Assembly (NCBI GenBank): GCA_951406725.2
Contig: OX597818.1
Location: 120,342,001-120,406,000 of the forward strand
Direction: 5' to 3'
Length of the DNA stretch: 64,000 bases
Source: Octopus vulgaris
Lineage: Eukaryota
In this document: positions 1 through 13,259 of the stretch, one piece after another
Layout: every line of letters starts with the position of its first letter
Position numbering within the stretch: the first letter of the stretch is position 1
Notes under the pieces: generated by a model
Seen by the model: the letters and a program-made list of their open reading frames with translations, nothing else
The model's database searches: none
What the model was told of the DNA's origin: nothing
Position numbers and translations under genes: made by a program

Positions 1-11
1 ACTACTGCTGT

Positions 12-100
<89 letters not shown>
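1..100. repeat. Compound (ACT)n/(AAT)n microsatellite
   Basis: Direct reading. Confidence 0.95.
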
Positions 101-102
<2 letters not shown>

Positions 103-103
<1 letters not shown>

Positions 104-321
104 TTTGTACTCTAGGCACAAGACCCGAAATTTTTTTGTGGGGGGAAGGGGGCCAGTCTATTAGCTCGACACCAGTACGCAACTGGTACTTAATTTATCG
201 ACCCCCAAAAGGATGAAAGGCAAAGTCGACCTCGGCGGAATTTGAAATCAGGACGTAAAGACAGACGAAATAGCACTAAGCATTTCGTCCAGCGTGCTAA
301 CGTTTCTGCCAACACGCCGCC

Positions 322-322
<1 letters not shown>
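103..322 (-). mobile_element. tRNA-derived SINE family 1 (Meta-domain-like core), tail type A
   Basis: Minus strand reads aggcggcg..tggcagaaacgttagc (A-box-like), ttcaaattcc (B-box-like), core gactttgcctttcatcc..gtcgataaattaagtaccag, tail ..ttgtgcctagagta; many homologous copies in the window. Confidence 0.85.
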
Positions 323-393
<71 letters not shown>

Positions 394-416
394 TTGATGA
401 TGATGATGATGATAAT

Positions 417-472
<56 letters not shown>

Positions 473-486
473 TAATAATAATAATA
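323..486. repeat. (TAA)n/(TGA)n array, 5' flank of the R4/Dong element
   Basis: Direct reading. Confidence 0.95.
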
Positions 487-2573
487 AGATCAACTAATGA
501 TTAATAAAGCCGTAACTGAAGACAGCCACAGAAAGAAGAAAGGCCTCAGTATGGCCTGGATCGACTACAAAAAGGCGTTTTATAGCATCCCCCCACACAT
601 GGATCCTCGAAACACTAGCCATTAACAAAGTAGCACCAACAATTATAAAATTCATAGGGCTCTCTATGAATAAATGGCAAACAGTGCTACACCTCCAAAC
701 AAAAGAGGGACTCATGAAAACCAAACCATCCCCATTAGAAGAGGCATATTCCAGGGAGACACGCTCTCTCCACTCCTTTTCTGCTTGGCACTGTCACCTC
801 TATCTGATATGCTAAATAGAACTGGATGCGGATATAAATGTTACGGCAAAACGATCGGCTACCTTTTATATATGGATGACCTAAAACTATACGCTGCAAA
901 TGACAAACAGCTGGAAACACTATTAAAGACAGTTCATGGATTTACCAAAGAAATAGATATGAAATTTGGATTAGAAAAATGCGACAAAGTAACCATGAAA
1001 AGAGGAAAACTAGTTAAGAGTAGCAACATCACACTAGATAAAACCAATGAAATAAAAGAATTAGACCAAAGCCAAACTTACAAATCCTTAGGAATCCATG
1101 AACTAGATAAGACACAACACACACAAATGAATGAGAAAATAAAAAAAGAATATTATAGACGAGTTAGATCAATACTAAAAACAGAGCTCAATGCTAAAAA
1201 CAAGATAATAGGTATTAACACTTTAGCTGTCCCAGTTATAAGTTACAGCTACAATATCCTTAACTGGACACTAAATGAACTGACCAAAATAGATAGGAAA
1301 ACAAGAAAAATAATGACAGGATCTAGGAAGCATCACCCAAAATCTGACATAGAAAGACTATATATACAACGTATAGAAGGTGGTAGAGGCCTTATACAGC
1401 TGGAAAACTACTATAAAATAACCACCATAGGACTGCAAAAATATCTACTCCAGAAGGAAGGAAAACTGATACAAATAGCGGCAAAACACGAGCAAAACAA
1501 AAAACTGTTCTCAGTATTTAAGGAAGCTGACTAATACAAACAAGAAATCATACCACCTAATAAATATGAAGAAGAAGAAGAAGAAGAAGAAGAAGAAGAA
1601 GAAGAAGAAGAAGAAGAAGAAGAAGAAGAAGAAGAAGAAGAAACAACAAAAGCTATAAAACAAATGAAATCGAAACTAAAAATAGAACAGCAACGAACCA
1701 TGATAAAACGATGGCAAGAAAAGCCCCTTCATGGCAAATACTGGACTAAACTAAATTTTAAAAAAATAGACAAAGAAAAATCCCAGCAATGGTTGAGAAG
1801 CTCAGGACTCAAAGCAGAGACAGAGGGATTTTTAATTGAAGCACAAGACCAAAGCCTCCCCACCAGAAATTACCAAAAACATGTAATGAAAAGAAATATA
1901 ACAAGTAACTGCAGAATATGTGGAGATGGACAAGAAACAATAAATCATATTATCTCTAGCTGCCCAGTCCTGGCTAAGAAGGAATATATTCACAGACATG
2001 ACAGAGTTGGAACCTACATACATTGGAAGCTATGCCAACATTATGGAATAACAACAGAAAAAAGATGGTATAGGCACACACCAGAAAAGGTCACAGTAAA
2101 CGAGAAATCAACCATACTCTGGGATATGCCGATACACACAGATAGAGAAATTAAGGCCAACAGACCAGATATAGTTGTCAGAGATCATGAAGAAAAAAAT
2201 GCTTTCTAATTGATGTATCAATACCGGCAGATGGCAACGTGTCTCTAAAAGAAATGGAGAAACTCTCAAAATACAAAGACCTGGAAATAGAGGTAACCAG
2301 AATGTGGAATCTAAAAACAGAAACAATTCCTATCATAGTAGGTGCATTAGGCATGATAAAAAAAGATTCAGACAAATACATAACAAAAACACCAGGACTT
2401 ACAAACACGTATAACATACAGAAAATTGCACTACTAGGCACTGCACACATCCTACGCAGAACACTTTCCATACAATAACCATCAGAGCATCACAACAAAT
2501 CACAGCACATACCTAAGGCACACAGAGCTGCGCTCGATAGTGAAGTGAAAGCACGCTATAAAAATAAAACTAT

Positions 2574-2576
<3 letters not shown>
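487..2576 (+). mobile_element. 5'-truncated, inactive R4/Dong-like non-LTR retrotransposon (RT, CCHC knuckle, restriction-like endonuclease)
   Basis: Frameshifted ORF pieces contain WIDYKKAF, GIFQGDTLSPLLF, LLYMDDLKLY, RLYIQRIEGGRGL, CRICGDGQETINHIISSC, RPDIVV, KEMEKLSKYKDL and PIIVGALG. Stop at 1532-1534 and frameshifts near 590, 720 and 2195; flanked by (TAA)n on both sides. Confidence 0.92.
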
Positions 2577-2607
<31 letters not shown>

Positions 2608-2611
2608 TGAT

Positions 2612-2912
2612 GATTTCATTTATTTGCCGCAAGGGTGAAGTATGAGGGTGACAATACAAAGACAGGCTTAAAGTGCAGGGATTTACATATAATGAAATGA
2701 TAAAGAAAGGAAAGAAAGAAAGAAATTAAGTATGCTCGCTATATACCGAAACAAAAGGAGAAATGCATGGCATACAAAATTATCTTAAGAATGACGGAGA
2801 GGATGATAGAGATATGCCGCACCTACAACATGAAGACCTCTTGGGATAATCGCGCAAAGCCACTGTCCGGGATTTCCCTGAAGTTTCAATAATAATGGAT
2901 GGTAAATGGTAT
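2612..2912 (-). mobile_element. Probable 3' UTR/tail fragment of a Tx1-like LINE
   Basis: Minus end ..ccctcatacttcacccttgcggcaaataaatgaaatc resembles the tails at 11776, 4459 and 31530-31563. Confidence 0.5.
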
Positions 2913-2927
2913 TCAATAATAATGATA

Positions 2928-3353
<426 letters not shown>

Positions 3354-3827
3354 TCTTGGTATAAAAGATGGGCTACAGCAAATATTCTGCTCAATACCAC
3401 AGATTTGCTTGTCAGTTGTTTGACCTTAACCAGTTGAGCATGTTCCTTAGTGGCTGACGATATGTGCATCTCTGATCACGAGCAGAAGTAGTGGGAGAGC
3501 ATCATAGCCATGTGTTGAGAGGGATTCTTTGGGGTTTGAATAATTCACCTCTGGAAACATGGGTGTTTCTTTCAACATCCTTAAATAACCCTTATTCAGG
3601 GACCTTTTGAGCGGGATGGGCTACTCAACCTGAAGAAAATTCTAACTGGGCCCCACCTGCAAGGTCATGCGCTGTTTATCTTGATATGAGATCACCATGT
3701 CTCGCACATATGGTTGTGATGCATGTGCCTGGTGTACCCTTATCAGACGGGTAGTCATGATGAGTATATTGGGCTTCGTATATTTTACCCCAGTGTCACT
3801 TTGATGGCATGAACTGCTCTCTCAGTC
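3354..3827 (+). mobile_element. ~540-bp non-coding repeat in a TAA array, copy 1 (5'-truncated)
   Basis: Near-identical to 3909-4443; ends ctctctca(g/c)tc followed by (AAT)n. Confidence 0.85.
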
Positions 3828-3889
<62 letters not shown>

Positions 3890-3908
3890 TGATGATGATA
3901 ATAATAAT

Positions 3909-4443
3909 ATACCCTGATGCAGTACCAGGCAGTGGCTCTCATGGCTTCTGATCTTAACTGATTGGAAGTGTTATCATGTACATTGTTTTGTCTTGGTATA
4001 AAAGGTGGGTTACAGCAAATATTCTGCTCAATACCACAGATTTGCTTGTCAGTTGTTTGACCTTAACCAGTTGAGCTTGTCCCTTAGTGGCTGACGATAT
4101 GTGCATCTCTGACCACGAGCAGAAGTAGTGGAGGAGCATCATAGCCATGTGTTGAGAGGGATTCTTTGGGGTTTGAATAATTCACGTTCAACATCCTTAA
4201 ACAACCCTTATTCAGGGACCTTTTGAGCAGGATGGGCTACTCAACCAGAATAAAATTCTAACTGGGCCCCACCTGCAAGGTCATGTGCTGTTTATCTTGA
4301 TATGAGATCACCATATCGCGCACATATGGTTGTGATGCATGTGCCTAGTGTACTCTTATCAGACGGGTAGTCACGATGGGTATACTGGGCTTCGTATATT
4401 TTACCCCAATGTCACTTTGATGGCATGCACTGCTCTCTCACTC
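3909..4443 (+). mobile_element. ~540-bp non-coding repeat in a TAA array, copy 2
   Basis: Homologous to 3354-3827 and, inverted, to 27139-27655. Confidence 0.85.
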
Positions 4444-4615
4444 AATAATAATAATAATGGTTTCTTTATTAACCACAAGCATTTACATTACGAAAAACTT
4501 ATGGACAGCACAGGACAAAGCTATGTGTGTATGTGTGAGTGTGTTATGAGGGTTTTGCGTGTAAACAAGACTAACAAATTTTTTTTTTAAAATCAACAAT
4601 GTGTGATCCTCAAAT

Positions 4616-4652
<37 letters not shown>

Positions 4653-5386
4653 CACTCAGCTTCACTTAAAATCCGTCTTCCTTGAGAGATGTTAATATTA
4701 TTTATTTCCTATATGTAGTACTGCAACCAAGTCTAAAAATCGTACTTCAAAGCTGTAATTCATATTTAAATACTTAAATTGTAGTTTAGAAATTGTATAA
4801 ACGTGTTTTTACAAATGTTATCGGAAGTATCTAGCCAGCTAACAGCCATTTTAGCACCCACCATCTCCGTTCTTGATAGCTTTAATCTTGTCATAATGCA
4901 TCTCGCTCACTCACTCACTCACTCACTCACTCCCTCACTCACTCACTCACTCACTCACTCGTTCGCTCACATAAACACAAACACAGACACACACACACAT
5001 ACACACACACACACTCTATCTTTCTCTCTCTCACTCCTTCTTTATCTGTCTGTCTCTTTATGCATAAAGTCATCTTGCAGCCTTCTTCAATAACAGGCAA
5101 AAGCGACCTCATTATCATGGCTGATGACATAATGGGCAACATTAAGATAGCGTTTTAGTATACACAGAAACTATTATAAAGGCACACGGAAGGAAAAAGG
5201 ATCAAGGCTTTTGTAATGCAAATAGCCCAACCAGTTGCAACACTAATTTCAGAAAGTCGGCCAGCCACTCAGGCGAACATGAGCCGGATAGGATTGTTTC
5301 ACTCACACAAAATGAAATGAACTGATTGTTTTGACTAGCGGGTCTCTCTGCAGTGAATAATGTACCACTCAACATAAACATGTCTT

Positions 5387-5813
5387 GGATCTTTTCGGTT
5401 TGAACGGCAGTTTTTAACATAATTTCTAGGTAACTAAAAAATTTTAAACTTCGTATACTGGTAGAATGTGTTTATAAAACATCTTTTTCCCTTGGTTTTA
5501 TTGAGAACATTCTATAGTTTGTAAGATATTTGTTGCTTTTTTTTATTCAATTTCTGCAATTTCAACCAATCAATGATCGTCTATTGAGGTGAAAACATTC
5601 TGTGTCGTATGAATATGTCCCTCGTTTAAAAAACAAACTGGGTTTATTTACATTTCTGAAGAAAAAAAGATACCCTTCCCCCACCCCTAACCCTAACCCT
5701 AACTAACCCTAAAATAGATTGAAATGCAATAGATCGATACTAGGGTCATAATTATGGGTGACAATTTCATATGACACCGCTAGAAAAAACTGCCGTTCAA
5801 ACTGAAACGATCC
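5387..5813 (+). mobile_element. Merlin-like MITE with internal (CCCTAA)n
   Basis: TIRs GGATCTTTTCGGTTTGAACGGCAGTTTTT / AAAAAACTGCCGTTCAAACTGAAACGATCC; perfect 8-bp TSD CATGTCTT (5379-5386, 5814-5821). Confidence 0.9.
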
Positions 5814-6010
5814 CATGTCTTGCAAACAACTTGCACATGCAAGTGCTACCAGTCAAAAACTCCGCATACCGGAAGCCAGCAAGTGTATGGGGTCATCAGG
5901 AGAGAATATGCGCCGTTGCGAGGCCTACCTCTCGACGGCATCAATGCGCACCGGCCCTCCTCACTGATATGAGGCCCCGCTTACTAGATCAGCTGGTTAT
6001 CAAATAAAGC

Positions 6011-6229
6011 TCAATATTCTTCTAGCCATCGCCCATCGTCTCTTTTTAACCAAATCCAGTGGCAAGCCTTCTCCACTGTAGTTTGGATATCGGTCATAGT
6101 GGTATTGACTTTACGATGAGTTAGGCCTAAGGATAACAACAGTCGTCTCACACTGTGTCCAACGAACCCTCTACATTTATCTTCGATTGGAAAAGTTGCT
6201 ACTGAGTGAAGGCCAAACTGTCTCAGCAA
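6011..6229 (-). pseudogene. C-terminal fragment of a HERO-like REL non-LTR retrotransposon ORF
   Basis: FPIEDKCRGFVGHSVRRLLLSLG...VEKACHWIWLKR matches the recalled HERO C-terminal pattern PxEVGCRGF..AEKASxWxWxKR. Confidence 0.65.
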
Positions 6230-7106
6230 TACAAGATAATCTGAAGATGGAAAATGTAGTCGAAGGATCTTTTGGATTTCATAACTAAAACAATCCTTCG
6301 GTTAATTGGGGGTTCAAACAAATTCTAGATCAAGAAAGAAAGAACAATTAGGAACTTCTAAGCAGTACTAACATAGTACGAACCTAGGCGATAAATAAAA
6401 ATTCAAGTAAAAAGATTTGAAAACATATCACAAGTTTTAACATCACGGATTATACATATAGAATCAAGAAAAAGACTGTATAGAAGTTATATATAATCCA
6501 CGCTATCAAATAGTGAAGAATGATGAACATAGACGAAAACTCTGGCAAACTAGAATTTTTGCTCATGTCTGCATTTTTCTAGTAACTCCGTTTTTTAATT
6601 AAGGTAGACCTCTATTTTCCCAGAGTGCTTCAAAATTAGCCTTTTCTCAACAGTGCATAAAACCCTATTTTTGCTTCCGTTCTTATACGGTCTGAATTGT
6701 TCCAGTATTCTCTATTTCACACTGTGATTAAAGGACAGTACTTTCAGCGACCACATATAAAAACAGAACTTGATCGTACGGCGTCCTTTGGTATTCCTGA
6801 AGTTAGACAGATTATTAAGGTAGCGTACTTTGAATCTAACTTCAGTCATTCCTTAATATCGTTTGGTGTTGTTTTCTTGACTGGGATTTAAATACTCAAC
6901 TTCTTGGTGGATAACTACTTTGGTGTTATATGATCCGTTTAGGGTAGATAACTACTTGATAGATAACTATTTTGGTGTTATATGATCCATGCAGGGAGCA
7001 TTTAGTGATGTTTCAACATCAACAGCTTTATTCAGATGCGTTTGCGGTTCTACAAGATATACAGTTTTCTCACGTTTGAGGTGCATCTGTAACTCAACTT
7101 AAGGGT

Positions 7107-7343
7107 GTGACTGCTAAATATATTATTAGATTTCTGGTCGAGGAAGTATACCCTTCACGCATAACACCCGAGAATATATTTAAATATATAAATAGTGGAA
7201 TATCTTACCTTTTGATGAAGAAAAGAATTTTTGGCAAAGCAACCCCTTATTACAATAACGTGCTAAAGGCTAATGATTTCAAAGATAAAACAAATCATAT
7301 TCCTAACAATATAGTTAATTCTTTTTTAAAAAAGCATAAATAG
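7107..7343 (+). pseudogene. Penelope-like element RT C-terminal/linker relic
   Basis: PENIFKYINSGIS..IFGKATPYYNNVLKANDFK resembles the PLE motif HPP.I.K.I..IS..F.KA.P.Y..AL..SGF. Confidence 0.5.
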
Positions 7344-7399
7344 AAAGAGGATGCGTTATAATGGGTTAGTCCCATCTTCTGTCTCAATGTAAAGTTTAA

Positions 7400-7880
7400 A
7401 AAGTTCCTGGACTACTTGTGTTTTATAAAAAATAACTTATTTACCCAAGTTTTAACACCATTTCCTTCGAAATAGTCACCTTGCGCAGCAATACACCGGA
7501 TCCGGCGTTCCTACCATTTTTAGAATCTGACCTAGAAGTCGTTTTCCGCAAGCGTGTCGAGGACATTCTACGATTCGCTCTTGATCTCGACAACGCACTA
7601 ACGTAGAGTGTGTGCCACCCGGGGCGGCTTTTGGTTTTCCACCCCCGGACCCCACAAAAAACACATATTGCCTACAGCAGACCCAAAAGTGCCGCCCGGG
7701 GCGGACCACCCCTGCTCCAGCTACACTATTGCCACAACAGTGTTAAAATGGCGACCTTTCTGCTGCATTTTCATCTTGGGGAAGAGCTGAAAGTATGCAG
7801 TTGATAAGTCTAGCGAATAGGGTAGGTGCAAAAGCGATACCAGGATGATTTTGGCGAGAAGCTCATGCATAAGGAGAGCT
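7400..7880 (-). pseudogene. Mariner transposase 3' relic interrupted by a small MITE
   Basis: Minus translation HLPYSLDLSTAYFQLFPKMKMQQKGRHFNT [insert] VVEIKSES..KW*ERRIRCIAAQGDYFEG, a decayed YSPDLAPxD and CIxxxGDYFE. Confidence 0.8.
7596..7731. mobile_element. Small GC-rich MITE (CA...TG ends, degenerate 8-bp TSD, hAT-like)
   Basis: TIR cactaacgtag / ctacactattg; flanks cgacaacg / ccacaaca; splits the mariner frame; homolog at 56120-56272. Confidence 0.65.
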
Positions 7881-7884
7881 AACT

Positions 7885-8260
7885 GTCAGGGATGAAAAAC
7901 AAAACCCGTCAAAGGGCGGAGGAACTCTTGAGAGTCAACGGCCATCCAATAAATGTCTTAAGGCTGTATTATGCGCGGGGACATAGAAATAATCGGACTG
8001 AATACCCGGTCGCGCGGTTAAACCATTGGGAGTGAAGAACTCCTAGCCTTTGTTAGGGCATCCTTCTAGGAGAAGGTAACTGAGATAACTACGACATAAA
8101 ATCTGCGGCTCAGTGGTTACCGATGATATTGACATGTTCTTCTTTTGGGATTATGGCTGTTGTTGCTTAGTGAGTGGGATTGACTCAGTGCACAGCCTTT
8201 CCTCACTTTAAAAAAAAATCTCCTTGCACAGGCATTGTACGATAACAACATTGATTAAGC
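7885..8260 (+). mobile_element. Possible RTE-clade 5' UTR fragment
   Basis: agggcatccttctaggagaaggtaac resembles a recurrent RTE 5' UTR motif; no coding support. Confidence 0.35.
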
Positions 8261-8304
8261 TTCGTGCAATGGCCATACTCGATAACGAGCGGGCAGCCAC
8301 CATG

Positions 8305-9619
8305 TAATGTATGTATGTATGTATGTATGTATGTATGTATGTATGTATGTATGTATGTATGTATGTATGTATAAGATTACGGCCTATTGACAAGCAGTCG
8401 GTCATTTGGTTAGGGAAATAAACTAGCTAAGATAAATTTATGTAGACACGTTGCCAGCTTTCTCAGTGGAATAAGAGTTCGCCATTTTCTTTTAACTTTC
8501 GCTTCTCTCTGCGTCTACGTGTCTATATGTCGGTCAACTCTCTCTCTCTCACTCTCTCTCTCTCACCATCTCTGTCTGGCTCTCTGTCTCTTTTTCTCCA
8601 CTCTGTCTGTCTCTCTTTCTCTCTCTCTCTCTCTCCCTCCATCCACCCTCTCACTTGTACAAGTACCATTTCTGTTCACTAAGTCAGAAGACATAAAAAA
8701 GTATTTTTTTCCCAGTCTGTCCTTTTTAAAATCTTTTTATATAATATCTAACATTTTAGTGTGCATCGCTTATTCCTTTGTGGTTATTATTGCTGTTAAT
8801 GCTGTTGTAATCATTTGTGAAGGATTTAACTGCTATTTCTAGCAAGTAGACCAACGACATACAAACCCCCTCATTAACTCGTCATATTGTTAATGTTGTC
8901 TGTCAGGTTGTCTGTCTTGCCTTCTTTGTTTTCCTCTGCCTCCGCCTATTTAACTTTCCAATGTTGATGAAGATTTCACACAATCAATTTTGGTATCTTT
9001 TGTGGCAAAGCCAGATCTATCGACTGAAAATCGTTCACTCTACTTTCCAATCAATCAACATCCAGACAGAGACCACGTGGCCACAGGTGTAACTGTGTGT
9101 GTATGTGTGTGTGTGTGTGTGTGTGCGTGCGTGTGTGTGTTTGCGTGCGTTGTATGCGTGTGTCTGTGTTAGTTAAGTTTCTTAATGTGTTTGTACCCGT
9201 GCGTGTATGTCTGTGGAAATAAGAAGCGTTATACGTGGACGTACGTATTTTTCAGTCTGATAGTGAAAGTGAAAGCGAAAATAGGCCGAGAGAAGATAAA
9301 TGAATACGTGTGCTTGTTTGCAGGTGTGTGCTCATGTGTGTGTGTGTGTGTGTGTGTGTTGCGTATATGTGTGAGTGTGTGCGTATGTGCGTGTGTGTGA
9401 GAGAGAGAGAGAGTATTTCTTTATTTACTATAAGGTTGAGAAAAAGAGGGGACGATACGAGGACAGACAAAACGAACATTGGGGGTCAGGGTATCGAATG
9501 AGAGAGAGAGAGCGCATGTGTGTGTGTGTGCTTGTTTGCATGTATGTCTGTGTGCGTGTGAGCTTGTTTGCATGTGTGTGCGTGTGTGCTTGTTTGCATG
9601 TGTGCGTGTGTGTGCATGC

Positions 9620-9665
<46 letters not shown>

Positions 9666-10172
9666 TTGGAGAAAATCTGCGTGTGTATTTTCTGTATGCA
9701 AATATGCATCGACACATGCTTGCATATATATATATATATATACAGAAAGAGTGAGAGAGAGAGGGAGAGAGAAGGAGAGAGAGAAAGAAAGAGAGAGAGA
9801 GAGAAAGATGAGTGAATGCTCACATGTGGATGACGATGAATGAATGTTTCTGTGAATTTGTATATGTGTATATATATATGTATACCTGTATGTAAAGGTA
9901 GGTGTATGTATATTTGCATTATGCGTATATGTGTGCGTGCTCATGCGTGTCTATGTGTGTGTGTGTGTGCGCGCGCTACTAAGTGTGTATCCAAATGCAT
10001 ATATGTATGTATGTATGTTTGCATACAGGTGTGTATATGAATGAACAAATGGATGCATATGTGTGAGTGCATGTGTGTTGGTGTATATATGTATGCATGT
10101 AGAAACTGTTATGTCTGACTACCTTATTCGAAAGGAAGCTTTGTTATAGCAATGTTGCAGCTGCAATTGATG

Positions 10173-10211
<39 letters not shown>

Positions 10212-10281
10212 GTGGTGGTAGTAGTGGTGGTGGTGGTGGTGGTGGTGGTAGTGATGACTATGATGATGGTGTTGGTGGTGG

Positions 10282-10336
<55 letters not shown>

Positions 10337-10374
10337 GGTGGTGATGATGACGATGATGATGGTGTTGGTGGTGG

Positions 10375-10405
<31 letters not shown>

Positions 10406-10437
10406 GGTGGTGTGTGTGATGGTGATGATGATGATGG

Positions 10438-10478
<41 letters not shown>

Positions 10479-10627
10479 TTGTTGATGTCGACTATGTTAT
10501 TGGCACTGGCTAATATTGGCAGAAAAGTCGGTAATATTATTGCTGTTTCTATTGGTTGCATTGGCAGTGAATAGTGGCGGGTTTTCCTGACTGGGAAGTT
10601 AATTACATACAACATTGACGATGGACA

Positions 10628-10707
<80 letters not shown>

Positions 10708-10830
10708 AGCGGAAGAAATACCGTGCAAAGAATTCTTCTGGTGCTCTAATGATTCTGCAGGTTCTCCGCCCCGATAACAACAACAACAAAAACAACGACG
10801 ACGACGACGATGATGATGATGATGATGATT
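8305..10830. repeat. Dense microsatellite field: (ATGT)n, (CT)n, (GT)n, (GA)n, (GAT/GGT)n, (ACT)n
   Basis: Direct reading; explains the CV/HT/poly-M/poly-V ORFs. Confidence 0.9.
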
Positions 10831-11600
10831 GGAATGAACCAATTACATCAAATACAGAATAGATAACACATCAGAAAGTGATAAGTGCAGAATTTGTGGA
10901 CAAAATGGAGAAACCGTATGGCATATTAACAGTCAATGTACGCCACTAACGCAGAAAGAACATAAGAGACGTCATGACAATATAGCAAGGATTGTCCATT
11001 GGACACTTTGCGACAAGTATGGACTCGACAGACCAAAAATGTGATACGAACATAAACCCGAAGTCATCATCGAAAATGATAATGTAAAGATCCTATGGGA
11101 TTTTATGGTTCAGTGCGACAATGAGATAGAGAATAGGAAGTCACACATAGTGTTAATTGAGAAAGAAAGCAAACGATGCTGGATCATAGACATAGCATGC
11201 TCAGCTGAGTATGCGATAAGGGAGAAAGAAAAGTCGATAGATATGACAGGTTAGCTTGGGAGGTTAAGTAGTTGTGGCCGTTGAAAAATGTGGTAGTAGC
11301 ACCAATAATTGTCGGAGCCCTGGGAAGAATGAGTAAAAATCTTGAGACGTATATGGAACAAATAGGGGCTGCAATAAGGGTGGAGCACTTGCAGAAAACA
11401 GCACTGCTTGGACAAGTATTGCCCACATCTTTAGAAAGACCCTATCCATTTAGATGTCTGTGTTGCATTGCATGAAGACATTACGCTAGTTCCCCTCCCC
11501 AAGCTTTCCGTCATACCGTGACATCTCTTATCCTTCACTCGTCCCAGGACACTGGGTGTGTCTCGGCAAGTGACTGAAACAAACATGCAGATTGAAAGTA
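10830..11600 (+). mobile_element. 3' fragment of a second R4/Dong-like family between (GAT)n arrays
   Basis: CRICGQNGETVWHINSQC, RRHDNIARIVHW, KILWDF, IIDIAC, PIIVGALG, LQKTALLG; contains stops and frameshifts. Confidence 0.85.
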
Positions 11601-11677
11601 AATAATGATGATGATGAGGAGGAGGAGGAGGAAGAGGAAGAGGAGGAGGATGGTGGTGGTGGTGGTGGTGATGGTGG

Positions 11678-11755
<78 letters not shown>

Positions 11756-11775
11756 TGGTGGTGGTGATGATGATG

Positions 11776-12118
11776 GTTTCCTTTATTTGTCACCAGGGTG
11801 ACGGATGAGGGGACTGTACAACGAGAGATATAATACGTGGGGATTTACATTCAATAAAATGATGTATAAAGAAGAAAGTATAACATGGTATACAATAAAA
11901 CAGAACAAAAATATACATAGTATATATCAAGTCCCCCCACCCCCACCCAAATAAAAATGGATGAAGATAATCTGATCCTCCAGATAAAAGAGAATCTCTA
12001 GAGACAGTGGCGGAACACCATCATCCAAAGGCAAGTGTTCTCTCGAAATCTTGCTCACCGACTCAAAAGTCTATACTTCGAGCGGTATCATCCACTCTTG
12101 TTATTTTCGCTCCTCATT
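11776..12118 (-). mobile_element. Probable Tx1-like LINE 3' end
   Basis: Minus tail ..cccctcatccgtcaccctggtgacaaataaaggaaacc runs into (ATC)n; similar to 2612-2912. Confidence 0.5.
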
Positions 12119-12366
12119 AATATCTTTTATCTTTTATTTTTTGCTTGCTTCTCCCATCGGATTGCGGCCATGCTGGGACACCGCCTCAGAGTGTTTAGTC
12201 GAACAAATCGATCCCAGTAATTATTTTTTAAAGTTTGTTACAATTCTGTCGGACTTTTCCCAGAAAACTTAAGTTACATACATGTAAGCAAACACCGGTT
12301 ACCAAGCCGTGAGGGAGTCAAACACAAGCACAAAGAAGTGTTTAAAAAGACTTATTGTTTCCATTA

Positions 12367-13180
12367 GATTTTCATATGATTACAGCCGTTTCGTAACGTT
12401 TTCTATGTAATAGTATTAATTTTAACATTCCATCAATATGCATATTTAGCATTATACATTAAATAAAGATGCATCGTTTAGAAAACTAACTTATCCGATT
12501 TTATATATGTCAGGATTCAATTCTGTTACACAGACAAAATCCACCCATTTCGTACACAATGTATGGAAGGCCAAAACTGGAAGTAGACTCAGTAATGTAA
12601 TTTGTAAAGGGAACCGTTTTTAGTTTGTGAATAAACTAATAAAATGTTATTTTCTAAAACATAATCCTCTTTTAAACATGTCCTATGGCCGCATTACCAG
12701 AAAAATTCAAAAGAAATTATAGATATACCTTCCATGATATATTGTATTCTGTTCGTTTGCCTAGTAAAATATATGCAATTCCTTTTGAATGCTTCTGGTA
12801 AAGTTGCTATAGGGCGTGTTTGAAAAGGGATTATTCGAGAAAAATATAATTTACAAGTATATTCACTGTTCTTGATAAAGGTTTCGTTCAGAAATCAAAT
12901 TATTGTATCTACCTCCAATTTGCGCCTTCCATAGGTTGTGTATAAAAAAAGGAGATTCTGTTTGTGTAACAGAGCTGAACCCCGAAAGCAACCATGTTGT
13001 TCCGATATGTATGATCTGATACGTTAGCTTTTTCTATAATACATCTTAATGTAATACACAATTGTCATTTATAATGCTAAATATTCATATCGATGTAAAA
13101 TATATGTATCAATTTGGAATGTTAAAATTAATAACACTACAAGAAGAATATTACGAAACGGCTGTAATCATATGAAAATC
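12367..13180. mobile_element. 814-bp foldback element (long imperfect inverted repeats, Mutator/Foldback-like)
   Basis: Terminal 30 bp GATTTTCATATGATTACAGCCGTTTCGTAA perfectly inverted at 13151-13180; inverted similarity continues inward to ~12725/12770; no TSD visible. Confidence 0.85.
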
Positions 13181-13259
13181 ACATACATACATACACACAT
13201 ACATACATACATACATACATACATACATACATACATACATACATACATACATACATGTA

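Noticed and set aside
248-497. Poly-L/poly-N ORFs, and all similar poly-K, poly-I, poly-M, poly-H, CV, HT and YI ORFs in the track
   Set aside because: Translations of microsatellites, with no splice or homology support
5685-5712. CCCTAA repeats as a chromosome end or fusion scar
   Set aside because: The tract is internal to a multicopy MITE
6905-6996. Short direct duplication gataactac..tttggtgttatatgatcc
   Set aside because: Two-copy local slippage duplication with no further structure
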